The notes: generated by a model from the letters alone, not told the origin. DNA of 64,000 nucleotides from Candidatus Nanosynbacter sp. (GCA_015257665.1 JABZJS010000001.1:155526-219525), one strand, 5' to 3'. Numbered from the stretch's first letter, positions 39,807-50,201 are shown. A program made the numbers and translations.

Positions 39807-41038
39807 GATGACGAGCCCTTTCGTAGGATGGCTCCAAGCGTGAGAAGCGACGTTGCTGCTAGCCCTAGCAGGGCAACTAATGTGAGCGTCAGAGTGCCAA
39901 ACCCTCCGATTGCCTTACCAACCAATGCGCCGATGCTTGCACCGATAAACAGAACGAAACCATTGATCGCCATACCGCTTCCTCGGTGCGGCGCTGCAGT
40001 CTCACCGTACAGCATGATCATTGAGGGAATAGACAGCGCAACACCCGAGACGTAGACAATACTGAACGCGACGACACCAAAAATTGTCTGAGCTGTGAAC
40101 GTCTCTCCCAACATGCCGACTGCAGCTAAGCCAAAGCCCACCTGTGCGACCCGAATTGCACCGATACGCTTGGTCAAAGCGCCTGCCCCGAGGCTAATAA
40201 ACATCGCCGGAAGTGCAGCTAGACGAATGAGAATGATGTTTGACGCGGCAACGTGAAGATCTTCGAGATGGTGACTAATGCCGGTGTATAACGCCACAAA
40301 CGATAACAGCAGCGTAATATGGGCGATGCCAAGCAATACAATGGCCGGCCGAAACAGAAGCACGACGAGGTTGCCAAACTGCTGCAGCAACGTCATTGAT
40401 GGACTGTGGTTGGGAACTTCTGCGACAGAAAAAAGGATGATCGTAAAGATAATCGCTAGAACGACGCCGCATGCAATGAAGAACCACGACCAACTTGCGC
40501 GTAGGGCGATTGTTGATGCCAGCACTTGCCCAAAAATTCCCGCCACCAAGAATGCGGCTGACATCGCCCCGATTGCTCGTGCCCGCCGCTGAGGAGCAAC
40601 AGCCTCAGTCAAATATGCTAATGCCACCGGCGCAAATCCAGACGCAGCTGCACCTTGGAGCGCCCGCAGCCCAGCGAGCATCGGCAGCGACGAAGCTGCT
40701 GAGCACAGGAGTGTTGCCACCGCAAGCACACCAATCGACGCCGTCATCACCTTCTTGCGTCCATAGCGGTCCGAGATAGGTCCCCACACCAGGAACCCAA
40801 CAGCATAGGTCACACTAAAGCATGTCGATAATGCGAAGGTTGCATCAGCTCCCATCGAGGCTCCGACTGGGCCAAGTAACGGAATAGCCGCATACAACTG
40901 AGTCAAGACAAATAGTGCGGCGATAACCAGGACGGAGACAGCACCTCCATTACCCGGATAGATTGCTGTAGGAGAACCACCGCCTTCCTGTTGGTCTACC
41001 GCAATATGGTCTCCATGATGAGGTTGCTGTTTGGTCAT
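39803..41038 (-). CDS. MFS transporter
   Basis: 12-TM pattern with MFS signatures; start at MTKQQP. Confidence 0.8.
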   Translation of the reverse strand: MTKQQPHHGDHIAVDQQEGGGSPTAIYPGNGGAVSVLVIAALFVLTQLYAAIPLLGPVGASMGADATFALSTCFSVTYAVGFLVWGPISDRYGRKKVMTASIGVLAVATLLCSAASSLPMLAGLRALQGAAASGFAPVALAYLTEAVAPQRRARAIGAMSAAFLVAGIFGQVLASTIALRASWSWFFIACGVVLAIIFTIILFSVAEVPNHSPSMTLLQQFGNLVVLLFRPAIVLLGIAHITLLLSFVALYTGISHHLEDLHVAASNIILIRLAALPAMFISLGAGALTKRIGAIRVAQVGFGLAAVGMLGETFTAQTIFGVVAFSIVYVSGVALSIPSMIMLYGETAAPHRGSGMAINGFVLFIGASIGALVGKAIGGFGTLTLTLVALLGLAATSLLTLGAILRKGSSS

Positions 41039-41109
41039 GCTGACACTCCTTTCCAACGTTATCGTTGGAACTAGTGTAGTATAATAAATAAGAAGATGCA
41101 ACCACAACG

Positions 41110-41739
41110 TTGGAGATGAAAGTGAGGCCTCCCTTGGCTTGGGACACAGAAGGCACTAAACGTAAGATCAAGGAAGCTGCGACGGCTGAGTTTGCGCAGT
41201 ACGGCCCTGATGGCACCACAGTCGAGCACATCGCGAAAAAGGCTGGCGTCAACAAAGAACGTGTATACAACTACTTCGGTGGCAAACGTACGTTATTCGC
41301 AACCATCCTTCGTGATGAATTGGCGACGGTCGCTCAAGCGGTTCCAGCTACCTCATTCGCGACGGAGGATATCGGCGACTACGCCGGGCGCGTCTATGAC
41401 TACCATTGCCAGCGACCTGAGCTCATCCGTCTTCTCCGCTGGGAGGCGTTGGTGTTTGACAATGAAGTACCAGACGAAGACCTGCGAAGGACGTTCTACC
41501 ACGATAAAACTGCCGCTGTCCTTGAAGGTCAGAAGGCGGGAGTAGTCACCAAAGACATTGATGCCGCACAATTGATGATGTTCATACTCTCGATTGCAGG
41601 CTGGTGGTCGACCGTTCCTCAAGTCGCGCGTATGCTTTGTGGGCCGCTCTCCGAGGAAGAGCATGCCAGGCGGCGAGCAGCTGTTGTCCAAGCCGCCCGC
41701 CGCCTGGCTGCACCGGGAACGGAGGTACCCGCGAAGTGA
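41110..41739 (+). CDS. TetR/AcrR-family transcriptional regulator
   Basis: N-terminal HTH KIKEAATAEFAQYGPDGTTVEHIAKKAGVNKERVYNYF; divergently transcribed from the MFS gene. Confidence 0.8.
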   Translation: MEMKVRPPLAWDTEGTKRKIKEAATAEFAQYGPDGTTVEHIAKKAGVNKERVYNYFGGKRTLFATILRDELATVAQAVPATSFATEDIGDYAGRVYDYHCQRPELIRLLRWEALVFDNEVPDEDLRRTFYHDKTAAVLEGQKAGVVTKDIDAAQLMMFILSIAGWWSTVPQVARMLCGPLSEEEHARRRAAVVQAARRLAAPGTEVPAK

Positions 41740-41797
41740 TAGTCAGGCCACTTGCGCCGAGTACTACGGGTATTGACAGTTAGCTAGTCTTGAGGGG

Positions 41798-42331
41798 TTA
41801 TAACAGAGCCCTGCTTTGCAGTTGCCGCATTGATGCTGACCGTCCCAACTGATACCACAGGTATATTGCGCCGAGCGTGATCATGATAATACCCATCAGT
41901 ACCGCTAGAGGATTGGTAAATGCCATGATATTCTGCTGTGATTGACTATGTATGAGTGCTTTGTACCCTATCTCGACACCTGCGAGCAGTGGATAGAGCA
42001 GTGTAACACCGAGCCCAAACCCTTCCTCGTGGTAGCGCTGCCCCGAGCGACGGGTGTAAGTATGGATTAGCGCAATTGCCTCAATAATGAGGGCAATCCC
42101 GAGTATCCAAAATAAGCCTACAACGACATATTCTATCCAAATCAGGAATGCAAACGGCCCAATGGCAGAGACTGCTACTGCCCAGCCAAGATAGATGAGC
42201 CACCCAGCAGTGCCAAGGAGGCCAAGTGCTCCACAAATCATCGCACAGCGAACCAGTGGTGAGCAGGACGGTGAGGGTGAAGACGATTCTTTAGTGAGTT
42301 GTGTGTGTGATGATGTCGTGTGAGCTGCCAT
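41798..42331 (-). CDS. Membrane protein
   Basis: 177-aa hydrophobic ORF. Confidence 0.45.
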   Translation of the reverse strand: MAAHTTSSHTQLTKESSSPSPSCSPLVRCAMICGALGLLGTAGWLIYLGWAVAVSAIGPFAFLIWIEYVVVGLFWILGIALIIEAIALIHTYTRRSGQRYHEEGFGLGVTLLYPLLAGVEIGYKALIHSQSQQNIMAFTNPLAVLMGIIMITLGAIYLWYQLGRSASMRQLQSRALL

Positions 42332-42370
42332 TGCTGTGGTCCTCCTATGTGTAATACCTATAGTATAGCA

Positions 42371-43723
42371 TCAATCATGCCGCTTGTCGAGGCTCATAAA
42401 GCGCAGCCGCTCGGGGTGGAAGTAGAGTTGGATCTTGCCCACTGGGCCATTGCGGTGCTTAGCGATGATGAGATCGGTAATATTTTGGAACTCAGGATTG
42501 TCTGGCTCGTAGTAGCCAGGCCGGTAAATAAATGAGACAATATCGGCGTCTTGCTCAATCGAGCCCGACTCGCGCAGGTCGGCCAATTGCGGCACTGGCG
42601 GGGTGCGTGACTCCACCGAGCGGCTTAGCTGGCTCAGAGCAATGACCGGTACATTGAGCTCGCGGGCAATCAGCTTGAGCCCGCGCGATATTTCACTCAC
42701 CTCTTGGACACGGTTGCCATTGTGGTTGCCATTGGCCTGCATCAACTGTAAGTAGTCAACGATCACCAGCCCAAGCTGCTGGTCGTGCATGGCGCGCCGT
42801 GCCTTGGTGCGCATCTCGAGGACGCTCAGACCTGGCGTGTCATCAATGAAGATTGGCGCTTCGGCCATCTCACCCATTGCCTCAGAGAGCTTGGCCCAGT
42901 CATCATCACTGAGGTTGCCAGTACGGATATTCCAGCTGTCCACACCACTGGCATCGGCCAGCATGCGGTCGGTGAGCTGCTCCTTACTCATCTCAAGTGA
43001 AAAGAAGAGGACGGGTTTTTTCTCGATTGTCGCGACGTTATACGCGAGGTTTGTCACCAGCGTCGTCTTACCCATGGCGGGGCGAGCTGCAATGATAATA
43101 AGGTCGGAGCGCTGCAGGCCAGCCGTCATCGTGTCGAGGTCGCGGTAGCCCGTGCGAATGCCACGCAGCTGTCCTTTGTTGCGGTGTAGCTCTTCAATAC
43201 GGTCGAAGCTATCGGTGAGAATACTCTCCAAGCTCACGAGGTCTTGCTTGAGTGACTGGTCAGACACACTAAAGAGCTCTGCCTCGGCCTTTTCGAGCAG
43301 CTCTTGGGTGGTGGTATTTTCGTCGAAGCCAAGCTGGCTAATATCGGCACTGGCTTTAATGAGCCGTCGCCGCACTGCTTTTTGGGCAACGATCTCGGCA
43401 TAGCTACTGGCATGGGCTGCAGTAGGGACGTAGTTGGTTAGCTCGGTCAGATAGGCCGAGCCGCCTACCTCGGCAAGCTGGTCTTTCTTTTGCAATTCAT
43501 TCGTCAGTGTGAGGAGGTCAACTGGCTTATGCCGCTCGTAAAGACGCATCATTGCTCCAAAGATCATCGCGTGACGCTTATCATAAAAGTCTTCTGCGCC
43601 GACATGCTCGCTAGCATCGGCCAAAACTTCTTCGTCGATAAGTACCGCACCAAGCAAACTCATCTCAGCATCGAGACTTTGCGGTGGTACTTTGCCTTTT
43701 GGTTGGGGTGATTGGTCAGCCAT
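42371..43723 (-). CDS. dnaB: Replicative DNA helicase DnaB
   Basis: 450 aa; Walker A GARPAMGKTT; DnaB N- and C-terminal motifs. Confidence 0.95.
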   Translation of the reverse strand: MADQSPQPKGKVPPQSLDAEMSLLGAVLIDEEVLADASEHVGAEDFYDKRHAMIFGAMMRLYERHKPVDLLTLTNELQKKDQLAEVGGSAYLTELTNYVPTAAHASSYAEIVAQKAVRRRLIKASADISQLGFDENTTTQELLEKAEAELFSVSDQSLKQDLVSLESILTDSFDRIEELHRNKGQLRGIRTGYRDLDTMTAGLQRSDLIIIAARPAMGKTTLVTNLAYNVATIEKKPVLFFSLEMSKEQLTDRMLADASGVDSWNIRTGNLSDDDWAKLSEAMGEMAEAPIFIDDTPGLSVLEMRTKARRAMHDQQLGLVIVDYLQLMQANGNHNGNRVQEVSEISRGLKLIARELNVPVIALSQLSRSVESRTPPVPQLADLRESGSIEQDADIVSFIYRPGYYEPDNPEFQNITDLIIAKHRNGPVGKIQLYFHPERLRFMSLDKRHD

Positions 43724-45218
43724 TGATGGTAATTTCTTCTCCTCCCCCCATCATAGCAAGAATGGCGGCTTTTTGGCGATCTTTAGGCGGCTTACTGGTA
43801 GCTAAGACGGCAATCTCTGCAGTAATACCAAGGCGATTTAGTGCTGCGCTGAGTGTGGGGAGGGCGCGATCGATCTGCATTTTGGCGAATTTTTTGCCAG
43901 CGTAGATCGTTAGTGTCTGGCCGTCAAACGTGTGCCCTGCTTTAGTCAGGTACGTGCGCGCTCCGACTACTCCAACCGCATCGAGAAACTGCTCCCATGG
44001 GAAGTCGATTGGCATGGAACTTGCTGCGGGCGTTTCATCGTTTGCTGAAGAAACGCTTGGTTGCTTGACTGGTGTATGATCAGTAGCGGAAGCACTTGTA
44101 GTACCAGATTGACCAGCCGATGATGCTGCCGCACCATTTGTCTCTTGACGGTGAGGGTCTGAAGAAGGAGCTACAGGAGGTTTTTGCGATGATGGTGCAG
44201 CTGGTGAGTGGGTATATGACGCAACTGGCTCACTGACGGTAGCGGGCGATGGCTGACGATGAGGTGCTGCGACTGGTGGCGTTGCCTGGCTTGCAAGAGA
44301 GGTAAGCAGCGCAATACGCGGCCAACCAGCTCGTGGTACAGTCAGTAGTTTATCGAGTAATGGCAACAGTGCTGCGTCCTCTACAACACGCTGGCGCGCG
44401 ATACCAAGCAGCTGCTCGGCAAGAAGTTCAGCTGGTGTGCCGGCCGCCTCAGCCTCATCGATCAGTTGGGCAGCGCGGCCAATATCTGCCGTAGCATAAG
44501 CAGCCAGCAGCCCCTCTACTAGCTCATCCTGCGCAAGGCCCAGCACTTCTGCGACCATCGCGCGGTCGATCGTCTCATCACTTAGTGAGCGCAGTTGGTC
44601 GAGCAAACTAATACTATCTCGAAAGCTCCCCTTCCCCTGCTCAGCAATCAGCTCGAGCGCATCGGGTGTAATGGCAATCTTCTCCTGCTTGGCAATAAAC
44701 GCCAAATGCTTGGCTGCATCACGTGGACTAATGGCTCGGAAATTGAAGCGCTGCACCCGGCTCAAGATCGTCGCGGGGAGCTTGTCGGCGTCGGTCGTCG
44801 CAAGAATGAAGACGACGTGCTCGGGTGGCTCTTCTAGCGTCTTGAGTAAGGCATTAAAGGCCGACTTGCTGAGCATATGAACTTCATCGATAATGTAGAT
44901 CTTTTTTGGACTGCTGGTTGGTGCAATTTGCACCTTGTCGCGCAAATCACGGATATCCTCCACAGAGTTATTGCTCGCTGCGTCGATCTCGATAATATCA
45001 AGATGAGTTGACTCATCGGTGTATGGCAGGCCGTTGATCTCGTGCGCCAAGATACGCGCGATCGATGTCTTACCTACTCCACGTGGCCCCGTTAGGAGAT
45101 AGGCATGGGCAATATGCCCACGAGCAATTGCCCGCTGCAAAATCCGCGTGATATGCGACTGCCCCACAATCTCATCAAGCGACCGACTCCGATACGTCCG
45201 ATATAGTGCTCTGCTCAT
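43716..45218 (-). CDS. dnaX: DNA polymerase III subunit gamma/tau
   Basis: 500 aa; GPRGVGKTS Walker A, clamp-loader boxes, Pro/Ser-rich linker. Confidence 0.9.
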   Translation of the reverse strand: MSRALYRTYRSRSLDEIVGQSHITRILQRAIARGHIAHAYLLTGPRGVGKTSIARILAHEINGLPYTDESTHLDIIEIDAASNNSVEDIRDLRDKVQIAPTSSPKKIYIIDEVHMLSKSAFNALLKTLEEPPEHVVFILATTDADKLPATILSRVQRFNFRAISPRDAAKHLAFIAKQEKIAITPDALELIAEQGKGSFRDSISLLDQLRSLSDETIDRAMVAEVLGLAQDELVEGLLAAYATADIGRAAQLIDEAEAAGTPAELLAEQLLGIARQRVVEDAALLPLLDKLLTVPRAGWPRIALLTSLASQATPPVAAPHRQPSPATVSEPVASYTHSPAAPSSQKPPVAPSSDPHRQETNGAAASSAGQSGTTSASATDHTPVKQPSVSSANDETPAASSMPIDFPWEQFLDAVGVVGARTYLTKAGHTFDGQTLTIYAGKKFAKMQIDRALPTLSAALNRLGITAEIAVLATSKPPKDRQKAAILAMMGGGEEITING

Positions 45219-45384
45219 TTGCTATATTATACCGCAGAATGGATGGAGATGCGATCGAAATGCAGAAGGAGTAATCACGTCGCATACAAACTGAGCGGTT
45301 GTAAAATGTCTACCGAAAATATCAAAAACCTAAACATGAGCAAGAGAGCTCTTTATTATATAAAAGCTATCGATAGCTGTAACT

Positions 45385-45939
45385 TTATAACGGTGCTTCC
45401 ACCGCTGCCCACGTTGCGTCGGGTTTGTCCTCAGGAATGATGACAGTGACCTGATGACCAATCTCAATCCGGAAAAATGTCACACTTGCCAGCAGGATCC
45501 GGTATTCTCTCCCCTGTGCTTCCACGTAGTATGCACCATCGTGTTGGGTGAGTGTGCCAATAATCTGCTTGCGCTCTACTCGCTTGATTTGTTTGTAGAT
45601 AAATCCGCCATCGTCGGCAATTGTCAGCTTGAGCTTGTCGCCCTCAACAAGCTTAGACTTACTGGCGTAATTAGCTGGCACAGGATAATTCTTACCGTCG
45701 GCATCGACCATTACCTGCCCGTCAAAGATACCTTCGACTATCTTGCCCGATACCTCCTCGCGGCTATTGCTTGGCACGACGACTTCGCCATCGTCACCAA
45801 TAATACTCATCAATAATTCCTTTGCAGCGGCCAGGTTTGTCTCTGCCTCTTGAATCAGCGATCGTAATCGCTTCACCTGTTTCTCTGGTAGTTCAGACAT
45901 ATTTTCTCGCAATTCCTTGTCTGTTTTCTTAGTTATCAA
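45385..45939 (-). CDS. Hypothetical protein
   Basis: 184-aa ORF, no motif recognised. Confidence 0.45.
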   Translation of the reverse strand: MITKKTDKELRENMSELPEKQVKRLRSLIQEAETNLAAAKELLMSIIGDDGEVVVPSNSREEVSGKIVEGIFDGQVMVDADGKNYPVPANYASKSKLVEGDKLKLTIADDGGFIYKQIKRVERKQIIGTLTQHDGAYYVEAQGREYRILLASVTFFRIEIGHQVTVIIPEDKPDATWAAVEAPL

Positions 45940-46125
45940 CCCATTATATAGCGATGGGGTGGGGCCTTGTCAAGGCACCTTGTGGTTATCCACAGCAATA
46001 ACAGGGGTAGCCAATAGTTCGTTGTAAAAATGGTACGATGCTTAGAGCGCTACGCATATGGAGTGACGCACAGCAATCAGGAGCAGTGAGCTCAACAGAT
46101 TGCTGTGCGTGGGCACCTCCTTTTG

Positions 46126-46491
46126 TCATCGGCTACTAATCTCTGACGGGAAACCGCGCAGACTATCATACATGTCGATAGCCTTATCGAATACGTGATC
46201 AACAGTGGACACTGATGCCATCATATGGAAACCCATGATAGTCAATGCCCCACCAGTCAGAGCGAAGATCGTCTCACCAGTGTTGATTTGCAAACTGTGG
46301 CAAATAGCAAAGATGAGAATCTCCATCTCGAGAGTGTAACAAGCGAAGAGTATCCAGAGGAGACGAGCTCCCGCCTTCTCTTTGTCTTGAACGTGCCATC
46401 GCAGCTCTCGGCCTACCGCGATGAGTATGATAAACCATGGCAGTGGTCCAATGACCAGCAAAACTATGGCAGCGATAGTCATGACGCTCAT
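46126..46491 (-). CDS. Small membrane protein
   Basis: About 121 aa (start at MSVMTIAAIV, RBS GGAAGGGAGA); driven by promoter cassette copy 3. Confidence 0.5.
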   Translation of the reverse strand: MSVMTIAAIVLLVIGPLPWFIILIAVGRELRWHVQDKEKAGARLLWILFACYTLEMEILIFAICHSLQINTGETIFALTGGALTIMGFHMMASVSTVDHVFDKAIDMYDSLRGFPSEISSR

Positions 46492-46545
46492 GATATTCTC
46501 CCTTCCTCGGAGGTGCAAACCCTCTGCGGTCGCAAAAGGTTAATA

Positions 46546-46574
46546 TATATATCAATACACGGAGGACTTGTCAA
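46546..46574 (-). promoter_or_regulatory. Near-consensus sigma70 promoter cassette, copy 3
   Basis: Minus-strand TTGACAagtcctccgtgtattgaTATATA. Confidence 0.5.
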
Positions 46575-46705
46575 ATTTTCGTAAATTTAGCTACCACGCA
46601 CTACGTTTTCAGTTCTAAATCTTTCGCACTGATTCCATTCTGAACCCTAACCAAAAACACACCCAAGCGGGTGTGCTGATGGTATCAATGCGGTCGGTAG
46701 GGTGA

Positions 46706-47080
46706 TTACGCCAGTTCGACGGTAGCGCCAGCCTCTTCCAAGGTCTTCTTGGCAGCTTCAGCGTCGTCTTTGCTGACCTTTTCTTTGATTGGGCTTGGTG
46801 CGTTGTCGACCAAAGCCTTTGCCTCACCCAGGCCAAGGCCAGTGAGTTCCTTAACAGCCTTGATGACGGCAACCTTTTGGCCGCCAACTTCTTTGAGGGT
46901 GACGGTGAATTCGGTCTGCTCGTCTTCAGCAGCACCAGCGTCGGCGGCTGGGCCAGCGACAGCAACTGCAGCAGCGGCTGGCTCAATGCCGTATTCGTCC
47001 TTGAGGACATTTTTGAGTTCGTTGACTTCCAGAACGGTCAAAGCAACCAGTTCTTCGGCCAGTTTTTTCACATCTGCCAT
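46706..47080 (-). CDS. rplL: 50S ribosomal protein L7/L12
   Basis: 124 aa; [18 protein letters not shown]...[30 protein letters not shown]. Confidence 0.95.
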   Translation of the reverse strand: MADVKKLAEELVALTVLEVNELKNVLKDEYGIEPAAAAVAVAGPAADAGAAEDEQTEFTVTLKEVGGQKVAVIKAVKELTGLGLGEAKALVDNAPSPIKEKVSKDDAEAAKKTLEEAGATVELA

Positions 47081-47167
47081 GATGGATTCCTTTCGATAAT
47101 GTGCGGTAGAATTATCGCACGAGTTATTGTCTGCCTAGTGCAAACGTTAGTACAATGCTGCGCTTGG

Positions 47168-47695
47168 TTACGCAGCTGCTTTGGCGTCTTCGATGCCATC
47201 GAGCAACGCATGAAGGTTGCCCGAAAGTGCGTTGGTAGTGTCGTGTACTGGCGAGAGCAGCTGTGCCACCACTTCGGCCACCAGCTGGTTCTTGCTTGGC
47301 AAGCCAGCTAGTGCAGTGACATCGGCTGTGTTGAGAGCTTCACCTTCGCCACTAAAGCCAGCAACCAACTGAAGTGTTGGATGCGTCTTAGCAAACTCGT
47401 GCAACACCTTCGCTGCCATCACTTCGTCATCTGGCGAGATTGCATAAAGCAACTGCCCAGCCAGGGCCGAAGTGTCGGTATCTTTGTAGGTGTCATGCTG
47501 CGCAAAGGCAACACGCACGAGACGGTTCTTCACCACCTTAATGACAACACCAGCTTCGCGAGCTTCGCGGCGCAACACCTGCAGATCTGCCACACTTGTC
47601 CCCTGGTAGGTCGCAACGGCAGTGCCCTTTGCCTCTGCGAGAAGCTCGCTCATTTCAGCCACCAAAGCTTGTTTTTTATCTTTGGAAATTGCCAT
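47168..47695 (-). CDS. rplJ: 50S ribosomal protein L10
   Basis: Start at MAISKDKKQALVAEMSELL; an upstream leader of ~200 nt. Confidence 0.9.
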   Translation of the reverse strand: MAISKDKKQALVAEMSELLAEAKGTAVATYQGTSVADLQVLRREAREAGVVIKVVKNRLVRVAFAQHDTYKDTDTSALAGQLLYAISPDDEVMAAKVLHEFAKTHPTLQLVAGFSGEGEALNTADVTALAGLPSKNQLVAEVVAQLLSPVHDTTNALSGNLHALLDGIEDAKAAA

Positions 47696-48029
47696 AAGAT
47701 AAAATCCTTTCTTTGGAGTTGTAATACCTATGCACACCGAGAAGGAGTGCAGTATTACTGGTTTGTTGTTGTATCCGACCGCGTTGTTAATGTCCGACAT
47801 ATGCCGCAAAAAAATCGCCTCTGCACGATTGCAAAGACGAGTCTCGAGTTTCGTACTAAAACGCTAGCGCAAGAGGCTAAGGCGTATCCGAAATTCCCTC
47901 GGTAGCATACTTATCGACTGCTTTGTCGTACATAACAGCCCGCTACGGTCTTTGGCAATGTCTGGAGAAGATTATAGCAGATGGTGGTGGGTGGATGCAA
48001 GGTGTGGAGTGGCTTTAGATAAGCAGGCT

Positions 48030-50201
48030 TTACTCCATAGCTAAAGAAGAGTTGGCGCTAAGAAGGAGGTCGTCAATCGCCTTGTTTACTTTCTTAATGC
48101 GGCGATAGCTTGCTTTGTTGACTGTTCTCTTACCAAAGTTTTTCTTTCGCCCATTGAGCGCGCTCATACTTGCGAGCTGTTTTTTAGTTGGTTCAAGCCG
48201 ATAGCCAAGTTGTTTGCTTAACTTATACAGGATGTGTGCAGCTTCGCCATAGCGTGCCGACTGCCGATCCTTTTCCGTGAGAACTTGAATTTCGAAGGGT
48301 AGAATGCCCGATGTATGGTCTTCGTAGAGACCCGTTATCTTCGAGACATGGAAACCTTTTTCATTTTCTTCTTTAAACTCTATATATTGCTCGGGATCAA
48401 TGTTGAAATAGCGTTCTTTAAACTTTGTTTTGATATAATTGATAAATTCTGTGCGCCCCTCAACTTTGAGTATCTCGTCTCGGCTTGGCGCAGCATGTGG
48501 CGTGACAGAGTAACCGTTTTCACTGTAACCTTCATCGCCCTGAGCGGGCAGCTGGTTATCTTGAATAAGTTCATCCTGTGAGCGATGAAGGACATTACTA
48601 TTATCCACCATTTTAAAGAATATGTCCATTAGATTTGCTCGGTCTCTTGCGATTAATGTCATACCAAGAAGATCAAAAAGTATCTCAAGCGAGTTGTCTT
48701 CCTTTTTATAGTCGAGAAGAGATACTTCCTTTGGTGTAATTCCATTGAATTCCTCATAGAGCTCAGCCAAATGTATATCCATAAGCTTGAGCAAGGAATC
48801 TGCTACCTTTTTGTTGTATATATGCGACATCTCATCTCGAATATATTCTCGAGTGATATTCCAATCTTCGTTCTTTTCCTTATCTGTCTGATCGGTTCTC
48901 TTCTTGCTGTATGCTTCTAGAGAACTAACAGCAAGAGTAGATTCTTGAATCTTTTGGCGTTCTTCTTCCTGTTGTCTCTCTGCTTTTTCTGCCTGCTCTA
49001 CAAGCCCGCGTGCTAGAGAGCCAACTGACTTCAAGCGAAACACCAATCGCAGCAGATCAGCAATAATATCACCATTGCCTATCACAATATCATGACCAGA
49101 CTCTCCACCAAGTACCAGTTCCACACTATAGCCAGCGCCATTATCAATATCGCCAATTACGGACTCGAGTACTCTGTAGACGATAGTACCATAGTTTTGA
49201 TTGCGCTCTTCGGCTGTGATGGTCTCTTCAGGACTAGCAGCGCTCAATACACCAAGCTCTGATAGTATCTGCTTGGCGAGGTCTACAAAGTGTCCTCTGC
49301 CGGTATTGCGCAGCTGGAGGCACGCCACCTTGCTCCGCAATGCCATTGCTACCCCGTCAAAGCCAATAATCTCACACAGTGGTGCAAGCAATGCCTCGCT
49401 CTTGTATGCTAGCTCATAGGCTTCCGATGTATCATAGCGAGTGTTGTTAAGTTTATTGAGTGTGTTGACAGACTCCATAAAGATAGTCGATAGCCCAACA
49501 TTATGACCTGTCCGCAAAAGGTCATCGATATCAAGCATATTCATTGGTTGTTGCCAAAGTTGTTTCATCATTATTTCGGCCTGCATACGATCATGCATTG
49601 CGGCTTCGAACAGCTGGTCTTGTTGACCCTCTTCAGTCAGGTACTGATTTTCTGTGCCGCCATATGCAGATTGGCTGCTTGCTATGCCTTTGGATTTTCT
49701 AAGTCTGCTTACTCTTCTGATAGCACTATAGAGTGATTCTTTGCTCTGAGCAGTTGGATTTGTCTCAACCTTTTGCGTATTCATGAATTTTTGCCAGGAG
49801 CTCGATAGTCGTGTTGTGTCCATCATGATTGATACGATCTGATTGAACTTTTCTCTTGCCGCTTTTTTATCGTTGCTGCCAGCGTGATCTTGCTCTATTC
49901 TTTGACGGAGAGCGGCAAGATTATTGATGTCAAGCAACTCATCACGGTTATTTGCCGCACAGAGCAAGTATGCAGTATAAGCACTGTGATTACTGTATTT
50001 TGCAAATAGTTCTCCAGCAAAGTCTCGCATAAGGCTCAGGCCCGACACGATTTGCTTTGTTTCAGATTCTGGTATGTCAGTGAGATTGAGCGCTTTTTCG
50101 TATATATCATATCGATCTTTATCAAAGCACACATTTGTCTCGTGTGCTGCAGTGCTATTTGTTGGTCTGGCGGCTCTACGCTCTCTCGTTAGATTCGACA
50201 C
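48030..50201 (-). CDS. Large AT-rich hypothetical protein with a C-terminal RelA/SpoT-like (RSH) nucleotidyltransferase signature
   Basis: 723 aa; C-terminal GRTEFINYIKTKFK...HVSKITGLYEDHTSGILPFEIQVLTEKDRQSARYGEAAHILYK resembles RSH motifs (GRxK...SxxxK; GYQSLHT; EIQIRT...AAHWxYK); long coiled-coil middle region; ~42 % GC. Confidence 0.55.
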   Translation of the reverse strand: MSNLTRERRAARPTNSTAAHETNVCFDKDRYDIYEKALNLTDIPESETKQIVSGLSLMRDFAGELFAKYSNHSAYTAYLLCAANNRDELLDINNLAALRQRIEQDHAGSNDKKAAREKFNQIVSIMMDTTRLSSSWQKFMNTQKVETNPTAQSKESLYSAIRRVSRLRKSKGIASSQSAYGGTENQYLTEEGQQDQLFEAAMHDRMQAEIMMKQLWQQPMNMLDIDDLLRTGHNVGLSTIFMESVNTLNKLNNTRYDTSEAYELAYKSEALLAPLCEIIGFDGVAMALRSKVACLQLRNTGRGHFVDLAKQILSELGVLSAASPEETITAEERNQNYGTIVYRVLESVIGDIDNGAGYSVELVLGGESGHDIVIGNGDIIADLLRLVFRLKSVGSLARGLVEQAEKAERQQEEERQKIQESTLAVSSLEAYSKKRTDQTDKEKNEDWNITREYIRDEMSHIYNKKVADSLLKLMDIHLAELYEEFNGITPKEVSLLDYKKEDNSLEILFDLLGMTLIARDRANLMDIFFKMVDNSNVLHRSQDELIQDNQLPAQGDEGYSENGYSVTPHAAPSRDEILKVEGRTEFINYIKTKFKERYFNIDPEQYIEFKEENEKGFHVSKITGLYEDHTSGILPFEIQVLTEKDRQSARYGEAAHILYKLSKQLGYRLEPTKKQLASMSALNGRKKNFGKRTVNKASYRRIKKVNKAIDDLLLSANSSLAME

